Assembly (NCBI GenBank): GCA_051453625.1
Contig: JBOZIK010000001.1
Coordinates: 29,177,844 to 29,241,843, forward strand
DNA: 64,000 nt
From: Welwitschia mirabilis
Lineage: Eukaryota
Direction of reading: 5' to 3'
Made by a program: the position numbers and the translations under genes. Below are positions 11,957-22,078 of this stretch, piece after piece; within the stretch, counting starts at the first letter, position 1; every line of letters begins with the position of its first letter. The notes beneath the pieces were generated by a model. It searched no databases. It had not been told where the DNA came from and saw nothing but the letters and a program-made list of their open reading frames with translations.

Positions 11957-14410
11957 TTTTTTTTTTTTGAATAAAAGTTAGGAAAACATTTCATTACTGG
12001 AGTGTTTAAAATACAAACTGAAACAAAAAACTTGAGGGAAAAACATCAAGCGGCAGATAGAGACACTATGCTTACAATGCTCTGGGGGCTGGAACTTACT
12101 ACTCCAGACCCAAAGAAAAAATACTACTACCTCTACAGAAACTCCTAGCCTAGATATCGGCCTAAGAGATAAGCTATTGGCACCTAATGAGAAGCCAAAA
12201 GGGCACTCTCCATAGACCTGCATAACTGTGTAAGAGGAGCTTGGGCTTCCAGGAAAACTACCTTCCATACACTGAGAAGCATAAAAAATAAAGTACACCC
12301 TGAATCATTTACCATCTAGACATGCTTAAGACAATAGACATTGAAACAAGTAGTGCATAAGTTTGTTGCTCAGATAATAGGCCTGGTATTAAATCACCAA
12401 CTTTAAAGTCACCAAAGAAAGCTCTGCCTTCTGTCAAGAGTGGCTACCTACTCACGATTGTTCTTCCTATTCAAGAAATGGCCAAAACATATACCTTCCA
12501 TAAGATTGAGAACCAAGCTGAAAGCACTCTAAGAGAGGTTAAAAGTACACACACTGCGGGCCTGTACATCTGCATCCTATAAGGTCCACTTTCCCTATGT
12601 TTAGCAACTAAGAATCTAAAAAAACTTCTAGACGAGGGAGCGATAAGAACAAAAATTATTCTTGCTTAATAGGCTCCGTGCACCAAAATCACTGATAAAG
12701 AATGAGAAACAATAGGGACAAAACTGGAAGGGCCTGTCTATAAGTAATGCCAAAGGAAATACCGAGACTATTAAAATGTTATGCCCAGCAATTGAGGAGA
12801 TAACCCTCTGTTTGACACCACTCTCCATTTTTCTACGTATTTTTAAGTTGTTGAATTAACATCAATCCAATAGAAAGCTGAAACTTAATTTCTTTGATAA
12901 TCTGGGTAATTTGGATATCTCTTTGTTTGAAAATTTTTTCATTCCTTGCTTTCCATATATGACAAATATCAGCTATTATGAGGAATTTTGTGATACCATG
13001 TTGTGTAACCCTTTATTTGTGCTTCCATTTTACCCAAATAAACACCTCCTTCCAAGAGTGTATTGGATGGATGAGGCCAACTAGGCTTAAAGATGTTCTA
13101 AGAAGGAGGGCACAAGAAGAGCATTCAAAGAAGAGGTGATTTCTAGATTCATCAGCTGAGCCACAGAGGGCACACATCGGATCAGTATGAATCCCTATCT
13201 TGAGGATCCTATCTTTAGTGAACAATCTATTATTACAAGTCAACCAAGCAATGAAAGAATATTTTCGGAGGGAAATATAGTTCTAAACTATGTCAGACTA
13301 GTCGATCTTTGGGTCTTGGCTACAAAAATAGTGATAAACTAAAGCTGTGGAAGAAGGGGTACCTGAAGCTTTCCATACCATCAAATCAGCAGAAAATAGC
13401 ACATAACCGTCTAGAAGGGGTCTGAGTTTTAGAATATTTTTAATGATCCGTGAGGTATTATGTTTAACCTAATATTGTCAAATCTTTATTCCTTTAAAAT
13501 AGTAATCGTTGCACCATTTTATCCATAGAGTATCTTTCTTGAGTGCTAAATCCCAGAGCTGAGTAATCACCAATGCTTTATTCATCGAAATGGATTCTGT
13601 AAAACCAAGTCTCACAACTCTTTTCGGTTTAACCANNNNNAGCTAAGCAATAGGAGCTTTTTTAGACTGCTCTAAATTCCCTGTTCATAGGAAATGGTTA
13701 CATAGAGAATTAATTTCATGCAGAAATTTGTTTGGAAGAATAAAAACCCTGCACCAGAAGGAGGAAAGAGACTGAAGCACAACCTTAATCAAAATACATC
13801 TACTTGCATATGATAAGAATTTTATAGTCCAAGATCTAATTTTCTCCGTTACCCTAAGAATAAGAGGGAGACAGTCTAAAACAAATAATTTTTTAGAGTT
13901 CAGAGGAACAACTAAGTATTTAACTAGAAGGACTCCTTATAAGAAACCCAGCATAAGAATCTGTTTTTTTTCCTAAGGTAATACCTCCAAAAAATGCTTG
14001 ACTCTTTAAGGAGTTAGCCTCAAGACCTGAGACCTCCTTAAAATGGTCTAGGATTTGTTTCAACAAACAAATAGACATAACATCAGCTTTATAGAAAATG
14101 AACAGGCCATTTGCATAACAAAGGTGGGTAATTTGCAGTTTGTTGCATTTAGGATGGAAGTGAAAGTTGGGAGTGTGAGTCAGCTTCTTTAGACATCTCA
14201 AAACGTATTACATAATATTGCAGAAAAGATACAGGGATAGCAGGTCACCTTGTCTAAGGCCTCTTTTCCCTTGAAAGCAACCTACCAGACCACCATTGAT
14301 GAGGCTTGAAAAGAATGGAGTTGTAACACAAGCTTTAATCCACTTAATCACTTTGTAAGGGAAGCCTATTTCTTTCAATAAATTGAATAAGAGAATGCCA
14401 TGAGATAGTG
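11957..14410 (-). mobile_element. 5'-truncated L1-clade LINE: ORF2 RT C-terminal half, zf-RVT, 3' UTR and poly(A)
   Basis: Minus translation gives GFPYKVIKWIKACVTTPFFSSLING...KRGLRQGDLLSLYLF and FHFHPKCNKLQITHLCYANGLFIF (YADD decayed to YANG). The zf-RVT reads RLFTKDRILKIG...CALCGSADESRNHLFFEC. A 12-T run at 11957-11968 is the poly(A). Stops and frameshifts present; no TSD found. Confidence 0.93.
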
Positions 14411-14868
14411 ATTGCTCCTTAGTGTAATGGTTGAGGACGATTATTAAGAAGAGAGTTTCGTTTTTTTCATTTCCCTTTGTTTATGCCAATTTGTTTGTGA
14501 ATCAAACTTGTAAAATAGTGTTAGCGAAGTCTTGAATCCAACTTGTTAAGAAAGGTTAGAAAAACTATTATATAACTATATATCATTTAGGGTAACATAA
14601 CTAATTAACAAAAGAAATCTCAATATTGATTAGGCCTATCACCTTATCTAATATATGGAAATGGACATAAAATGGAAATATAGACTTTACTTCATATTTA
14701 ATATATGGAATTTAATTTCAAAATAAAAAACATAAAATTAATATATGTTGCAACAGAAAACTAAGAATTTCTCATCTTTCCTAAGTTCTTGTCATGATAG
14801 AAGACCTCATTTTGAATTAATTATTAAAATAAAATAAATTGCAAAAAATATAAAATTCCCAAATTTTT

Positions 14869-15253
14869 TGGCCGAGAGGCCATCCCGAGTCAGTGATTTG
14901 TCGCCTATTTTTTAAAAATTTTATTTTGTTTGGCCGAGAGGCCATCCCCAGTCAGTGATTAGTCCAGGATAGTGTTATGCCTATTTTTTAAAATTTTTAT
15001 TTTTAGTTTAAAAATCTTATAAAACATTAAACTTAGTTAATTTAGAAACAATAGAGGCAATAAATGTTGAAACAGCAATTCTAATAAATTTTGATTTGGC
15101 CGAGAGGCCATCCGCAGTTAGTGATTTGTCCGAGATGCCTATTCTTTAAAAATTTTATTTTTAGTTTAAAAAAACTTATAAAACTTCAAACTTACTTAAT
15201 TTGGAAATGGTAGAGGTAATAAATGTTGAAATTGCAATTCGAATAAATTTTGA
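14869..15253 (+). repeat. Three direct repeats headed by TGGCCGAGAGGCCATCC.CAGT.AGTGATT.GTC
   Basis: Motif starts at 14869, 14931 and 15097. Units 2 and 3 share about 160 bp; unit 1 is a 62-bp short form. Confidence 0.9.
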
Positions 15254-15610
15254 AATGGGAAACCTTAATTTCTTTTGAAAAATTTAACCTCATATTTTTA
15301 AAACGGTAAGCCTAATTTTATGGGGCTATTTTCACCATTTAAGAAGGGTCAAACAATTACACACAATCGAAAGGTGGAAAACATTAATACATCTCAGCCA
15401 AGTTATAAATATATATTTATAATATATATTTAAGTTAATAGATAAGCAATCATAAAAATACACATTCATTCAATATTCAAATTAATTACAACACACAAGG
15501 ACAAAGATATTCTTTATTGAAATTAATTATGGGAAAACAGGACAGAACAATGAATCAAGTACACTCACACAAGCACTGTAAGCATTTTCTTGGAAGGTAA
15601 AGCTTCCTCT

Positions 15611-16381
15611 TCATGCGCACTTGAAGATCCTCGTGTTCAAGTCAATCAGGACACTCTTATTGCTATTCGTCTGGAGAATTGCGGAATTATGAACTTCTGG
15701 AGTTGCAGATGGACAAACTGAAGCCCTAACATAATGTGACCTCTTATGACCTCCCAGAGCCTGTCCGGACTTGAAAACTTTTCGACAAACTGAACACTTA
15801 TGAAAACTTCTCAGTGATCCTTCCATCAAGCGTTCGTCAACAATTCGATTTGCAATCGGAAAAGATAACGATGTATCAGATTCCGCGTTGCTATTCGGGT
15901 CTCTACTTATTCTAGCCTCTTGTGACTGAGCACCGATCTTAAGCTTATTCAAGCAGCTCCTGCGGTGTCCGCCGAGAGCTTGGAAAAACCTGAATCTGCG
16001 TTTGCAAGTGATGCACTGATAGTACCTTGCGCTACAAGTAGAAGAACCAGAGGAATCACCGACTGAAGCGACCCTGTTTCTGTTTGAAGTTATGGCGTCA
16101 ACATTTTCAAAGGTATGAGCAGATGGTGCATGAGTTGCAGATCGAGCGAAAGAACAAGTAATGAACCGCTTCTTCGTGTCCCTCAAAAATGAAATCCCGA
16201 AATGTTGGAGTGCTACTGTGGCCAAAAGAGTCAGGCTTTCAAAATTCTCTTCATCAGGATTTTTGTCATTCCCATCAACTGAATCATAATCAAAAGCAGC
16301 AGCAGAAGAAGAAGAATACGGTGTTATAAACGCGGAGGATCTCTTTTTTGAAGGCAATCTGCTCTCGAGGGAAATGTCCAT
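15611..16381 (-). CDS. Plant C2H2 zinc-finger transcription factor, two QALGGH fingers plus EAR-like motif (ZAT / C1-2i class), 256 aa, intronless
   Basis: Intact ORF in a GC-richer, CpG-retaining island. Fingers YQCITCKRRFRFFQALGGHRRSC and HKCSVCRKVFKSGQALGGHKRSH. N-terminal basic KKRS, L-box-like EENFESLTLLA and C-terminal LIDLN. Confidence 0.95.
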   Translation of the reverse strand: MDISLESRLPSKKRSSAFITPYSSSSAAAFDYDSVDGNDKNPDEENFESLTLLATVALQHFGISFLRDTKKRFITCSFARSATHAPSAHTFENVDAITSNRNRVASVGDSSGSSTCSARYYQCITCKRRFRFFQALGGHRRSCLNKLKIGAQSQEARISRDPNSNAESDTSLSFPIANRIVDERLMEGSLRSFHKCSVCRKVFKSGQALGGHKRSHYVRASVCPSATPEVHNSAILQTNSNKSVLIDLNTRIFKCA

Positions 16382-16576
16382 GGCGAAATCCTCCTGTGAA
16401 AAACTGCCTGTGAAAACGGTAGTGTGTAAATCACAGGTGAGGAGGGAGAAGAAACATTGTACTTAAATACATAATATTCAAGCTTAAGAAAACAGGCAGT
16501 TTCATAAAATTCCGGTTCCATAAACTACGCCAAGTTTCAAAAATAGATTATTGAAACATTGTGCTTGTCTCCTGAT

Positions 16577-16586
16577 CACACGTACG
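16577..16586 (-). promoter_or_regulatory. ABRE/G-box-like ACGTG element about 200 bp upstream of the zinc-finger ATG
   Basis: Minus strand TACGTGT; the homologous site in the paralog promoter (22240-22247) reads TACGTGTC. Confidence 0.4.
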
Positions 16587-16624
16587 ATTGTCATTTCCTA
16601 CGTTCATGTTGGAACTTGCTCAGA

Positions 16625-17033
16625 TAATAAACCGACAAACACGACTCATGTTCTTATGTTCTTATGTTTACAACATGTTTCTTACACATACAATTGTTTA
16701 GATAATGAACCTATGACTTACCACTTTAGCTAAAGAAGGGCCCAAATCATTTCTAATTTATAATAAAGTAAGACTCCTACTTTTTGAAAGCAGAGTCCCA
16801 TGCATAGTCCAGACTAAGACACATGATGGAACTTGGTTAGTTAATAAACCAACAAACACAACTCATAACCCATGTTCTCATGTTTACATGTTACTTATAA
16901 TTGTTTAGATAATAATCTTTTAAATTATCACTTTAGCTGAAAAAGGGCCAAAATCATTTCTAATTTATGATAAAGTAAGATTTCTATTTGAAAGCACTAT
17001 CCCATGTATAATCCAAATTAAGACACATTATGG
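16625..17033 (+). repeat. About 200-bp tandem duplication in the zinc-finger gene promoter
   Basis: 16625-16830 and 16842-17033 align (TAATAAACC.ACAAACAC.ACTCAT...CACTTTAGCT...AAATCATTTCTAATTTAT.ATAAAGTAAGA...TAAGACACAT.ATGG). A related copy lies at about 22475-22615. Confidence 0.9.
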
Positions 17034-18720
17034 TATAATCAAGAATTGGCTGTTGTTTATCGTATTCTAGACTTGAAGAAGAATCTCATCTTGTTGGGAA
17101 CACTTAACACTATTAGTTGCAAGTTCACTACTAAATGTGGAGTTTTGAAGGTCTCTAAGACTGCTTTGTTGACATGAAAGGATAGAGAAGGAATTGATAG
17201 GATCGAGAACCCTACAGAGGGGGATGAATAGGTTCTCTTAATAATTTATGCCCAAAATTGAAATATTTAAATCTATTTAAGCACAACTTGCATATGCAAA
17301 TAACTACTATAAGAATGTGCATACAATAAGAAAAAATCGAAACTAAGAAATCAAAAAATAAAATGCAGAAACTACCAATTTCGATGCACGCCAGATTTAT
17401 AGTGGTTCAGAAACTTACTTACTCCACTCTCGATGATCAGCTTTTCCCAAGCTCGATCTCGGATCTCTATTACTCTATAGGTTTTTTAGGTTCATCTTTA
17501 ATCCTTACAAGCGGACTTTTACAGACTAAGTCTCAACCTATGAAAACAATGAATGTGATGTAGTAATGCCTTGATCGTACAGATCTCATATGTTCTATAG
17601 TAGTACAATGAATGGAGTTATTCTCTGGTAGATCACAACAAGATCGAAGTGCTTGTGCCAAGGATGAATCTCCTCATGTGAAGCACTACAATGATATACC
17701 AATGAAATTACAGTTTGATCTTTTAGATCCACAATGATTATGCCGAATAAGAACAGTGCCAAAAAGATCTCTAGGTAATTAATAGCATAGCTATTTATAA
17801 TGGAGGGCTAATACTTTTTATTACAATTGAATTGCACCTCTAATGGCTATAAACGGCTAGGAAACGGCTAGTTAATGGCTAGGAAATGGCTAGTTAATGG
17901 CTAGGAAATGGGTACATAACGTTTAGAAATTTTTCTTTTCCATGCCATTCAATCAACCCCACATAAATCTAGTCGACCCCATGTGGTGTTGTGAATTACA
18001 CAGGTCTCCCGAGAGAGAAATTCAGTCAACTCAGTTTTTTACATCTCTAAGTTCGGTCGACCCCATTTCGATCCGATCAACCCTAGTTCGGTCGACCCCA
18101 TCCTAGATCTGGTCAACCACATAAAAATCTAGTTGATCCCTTTCCTTTCACTTCAGGGATACCGACTTCCAAATTCGATCGACCCCATAAAAATCTAGTC
18201 GGCTCCTTTCCATTCGGTTTAGGGATACTGACTTCCAAATTATAGGTCCAGTCGACTCCTTTAGAATCTGATCGACCCCTCTAGGTTTATTCCATTTTTC
18301 TCTTCACAGCTTCAGGTGTGATCGACCTCTTTAGAATCCAGTCGACCTCCACTAGAGGGTAAACTAACTCAACAGGTTTCTAATGCATATTTTTATCTAA
18401 TTCTTTCAACCTGCAAACAATTAATCTCATCTGCACAAAAGATATAAAATTTACACTACACAAGAGATATTACTTTAACATTAATTAGCAAATATAATCT
18501 AATAGGAATGACCTCTATTTCTCTAAGGCAACATAGTGTTTGATCTTGTAGTAGTGTAGTTACCATGGGATACAAATGCTAAGGTTGCTCAACATTGTTA
18601 TATGCATTTGAGAAAGATGAGTGAGAAGGATATGACAGTGTTGAGCAAAAACCATTTTCTTGTTAGCTAGAAAATTGGAAAGCTATAATTTTTTAAGCAT
18701 TATGTCTTTGAAAAGACATG
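17010..18720 (+). mobile_element. Tnt1/Tork-like Copia pol fragment (post-protease to GAG-pre-integrase), split by the solo LTR
   Basis: Left flank reads IQIKTHYGII..ILDLKKNLILLGTL...GVLKVSK. The right flank continues NDLYF.*GNIV...MHLRKMSEKDMTVLSK...KIGKL, matching WHxRLGHMSEKG. Confidence 0.8.
17195..18504 (-). mobile_element. Solo LTR of the Sirevirus-like family with perfect 5-bp TSD
   Basis: GGAAT at 17190-17194 and 18505-18509. Full-length homology to the other LTRs, with no PBS or PPT adjacent. Confidence 0.95.
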
Positions 18721-19029
18721 TAGGGAAAATGCCATAACAATGTTCATAGGACCAAATGGACATCATATTATTTCTCTTAACCTTTGCTAGTAATACTTGA
18801 GGAAGTTCTAGATGTATATTTCAAAGCATAAGAATTTTATGTTTTAGAAAATTAGATAGTAGAAGGTTACAATTCAAAAGAATAGAGGATAAAATAAAAA
18901 CTTAAAATAGAAAGTGGCATGGAATTTTATAAGAGTGAATCTAGTGAATTCTATAGAATTCTACAAGAATGAAGACATTATTAACCATTATATTATTAGG
19001 GGTAGATCAAAATAGAATGAAGTTACAAG

Positions 19030-20960
19030 GTTCATTAATAGATCTTTTTAGAATGAACTTTAGCCTCATACTTAATATTAAGTCTAGAATCTTTAATACC
19101 ATATTGGGAATTTGTAATAATAATTTTAAATGCAATGCTTTTAGGTTCCTTTATGAATAGTGGAAATGAAAACTAAGTAAGACCAAACTATTAATATAAA
19201 TTAGATGCTATAATTGATTAAATAATTAATAATTTGAGAAAGAGACATTGTTAAAAAAATATTTTAGCAAGTAGATAAGAAGGTGATTTAGATTGAATCA
19301 TCTACCTAAGCCTTTAGGCATAGGCCTTAATGACTTTAAGTGTTTCTTACACTTCTTCTTTTTCTCTTATAGGATTAAATACTAATTATTTAAACATTAA
19401 TTATTTGAAATGTAGGATCTTCATCTCATAATTTTTGCCAATTGGAAAATGGATGCATGCTTTGGAAATGAAACAAAACATGCTATTCCATTTCCTACCA
19501 ATTTAATATTTTTTAAGTGATTGAATTTAACTTGTGAATATTTTCCTATAATTTTATTTTAGTTATATGCTTATTATTTTTATTTTTAATTTTTAGATTC
19601 ATTTTGATTTTTTTTTGCTTCATTTTATTATTTTATTGTTCTTCTTGATTTACCATTTTTATAATTACTTCATCTTCAATTTCTTTAAATTATCTTTCTT
19701 TTGTAGTTTGTCATATTTTAAATTGTTTCATATTTCATCACACTCATTTGGCTTAAATTTATGAGTTAGCAGGAAAGTGATATTTCTTTTAAATGCATTA
19801 CTTCATCCAAGGAATTATTTTTCTACTTAGTTTTTTTTGTTACTTTGTTCTAATATAATACATTACCTTCTATTTTTTTTTCTTAATTCGACAAATGATT
19901 TATTTAATAATGACTATTACTTACTTCTTTTAGAAGATGACTTATTTAGCTTAATTATTTATTCAATTTTCAAAATATTAATTTGTTTCTTTAATGAAGT
20001 ATAAAACAATACAAACACAAATACTTACTGAAAAATCTTAATCATTTACACCAAAAAAAATAATTATTTCCAAGGTAGATATATAATAAGGGAAAATTTT
20101 CATTTTGATGAATTTGTCATATTTCTATTTATGGGTCTAGTTTCTTAATGGTTTTTGCATGGTTGGTTTAGTAGTAATGGTTGTTTTAGTATCTTATCTT
20201 ACATATTCTTCCTATGTTATAGATCTATCTAAATTAAGTGGCTCACCTTGCTTTGGAACTTATTCAACTTATTTCAGGTCTTGTTTTTCATGAAGCTCCT
20301 CTAGTTGGACATGAAGAATCTTAGTAGTACTTCTGTTTTATTAAGCATTTTGTCTACTTCATCATATACTTGAGATATTTGATTCATCTTCCCTTCAAGA
20401 TGATGAATCTTGGATTATTCTTTGTTCAACCATTCTTAGGTTAATTCTCTATCATTTCTTCCCTTTTTAATACTACTTTATGATATGTTTTGTTGATAGT
20501 ATTTCATGCTTTATTAGTGTACTTGTCTTTTTTAAATGAGTTAAATTTTTATTTCATTATAGTTGATATTATTGTGGTATTAAAATTAAAGGATTTTTCA
20601 TTAAAACATTCATAATCTTTATTATTAAGGGCCTTAGCACTAGAGGAGAATGAATTATCTTCTTTCTTTTTTATACCTTATTTAATCTAAGTAAATTATT
20701 ATTATGTTAATTAAAATCATATATTTTACTACAACTTAGAGTTGGTTATCAACATTAGTTAATAAAATAAAAATATTTATTTTACTTAGTTATAACCACC
20801 TATTACATTGTTTGAAGTTCTGATAATGAACTTCTTCCTTTTACTATAATTTTTTTTTGGCATGTAATTATTAAATTCTAAGCTTAATGTTTGGTCATTA
20901 GGTGCTTACACATCTTTTATTTAAATCAAACCCTTTCAATTAAAGCTAGATGTAGTTTTT
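19030..20960 (-). repeat. Two fragments (about 19030-19480 and 20600-20960) of an unclassified repeat, inverted relative to 25880-26750
   Basis: Shared anchors include TAACCACCTATTACA (about 20793) versus TGTAATAGGTGGTTA (about 26495), TAATAATTTGAGAA, and GGATGCAT..GAAATGAAACA. Confidence 0.65.
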
Positions 20961-21199
20961 TACTATTTACTTGATTTGGCAAATTCCAATGAGAGTGACA
21001 AATGGAATATTTATAGCTAATAGTCTTAGAAGTAGAAATATGAAATATTTTAATGAGATCCTAATAAGATTATATGTTCTATAAAAAGAATGAATTGAAA
21101 ATACAAAATTGATAGCACAAAAGACAAGATTAAAACAATTAGAACCTTTTCAAAAAGGAGTGCGTTTTAAAGAGGCATTATATGCTACATTACTAATGA

Positions 21200-22078
21200 G
21201 AATATTCAATGAGTCACAAGAATAAAGCATTATTACAAATGCTATTTTAGAAAGTGTTTCTTGTTATGTAACTTCTTATGACCAATATCTAAACACTTAC
21301 TTATAAATTAAACATTTAAGATAACTATGCATTGATTCTTCCATTAATCATTAGTTAAGAATTGAACTTTTAATTAAATAATGATAATGATGTATTATAT
21401 TAGATATTGCTATGTGGGTACTAAATGATGTTAATATTATTCAAGAAACTCATGTGGTATACATCAAATCTGTAGAAAAATATAAATTTATATTTTTAGT
21501 GATGTACTCATAGCACCTTATGCCACAAGTAAAAGAACTAGAGAAATCCCTAACTAGAGAAAACTCTAAAAGATCTAAATATACCCTTGAAACTTCTTTC
21601 TTCCTGAATATTTCCTATTAAAATCTATAGCATATTTAATGATATTCATAGATGGTACATGAGTTTATATATTTAACTTAATCACTTGCTATTATACCTC
21701 CTTAGTTTCCTTTTGAAGGTCTATCCACAAAATCTTATTATATTAATGATAGATTATTAAGTTTTTCTATAAACCTAGTTAGTTTATTCTAATGATATTG
21801 ATTTATAATTCACACTACACTAAAATGTAGGGCATTTCTACCTAAAATAGGGGATAGTAATGATTTTCGTCTTTTTTTACTTGAAAGCATAATCCCCAAA
21901 TGTTGGAGTGCTACTATGGCCAAAAGAATAAAGTTTTTAAAATTTTTTTAATTAGAATAGTTCTAATATTCATCAACTAAATCATAATCGAAGTAATAAA
22001 ATAAGAAGGATAACATATTACTCTAAATGTGGTAGGTCTATTTCTTGAGGCCAATTTACACTTAATAGAATTATCCAT
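21200..22078 (-). pseudogene. Decayed tandem paralog of the C2H2 zinc-finger gene
   Basis: ATG at 22078 gives MDNSIKCKLASRNR, then FDYDLVDEY*NYSN*KNFKNFILLAIVALQHLGI (gene: FDYDSVDGNDKNPDEENFESLTLLATVALQHFGI). Colinear DNA matches to finger 1 (21435-21555) and finger 2 (21265-21330). Stops and frameshifts present. Confidence 0.88.

Noticed and set aside
11978..12828. ORFs of 106 and 66 aa
   Set aside because: They lie in the LINE 3' segment and show no domain motifs.
14869..15253. CRISPR-like array or tRNA genes
   Set aside because: The context is eukaryotic, the spacers are homologous to each other and uneven in length, no cas genes are present, and there is no B-box or cloverleaf.
16324..16521. 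65-aa upstream ORF overlapping the zinc-finger start
   Set aside because: No recognisable motif, and it begins upstream of the likely TATA-like site (about 16465), so it is probably outside the mRNA.
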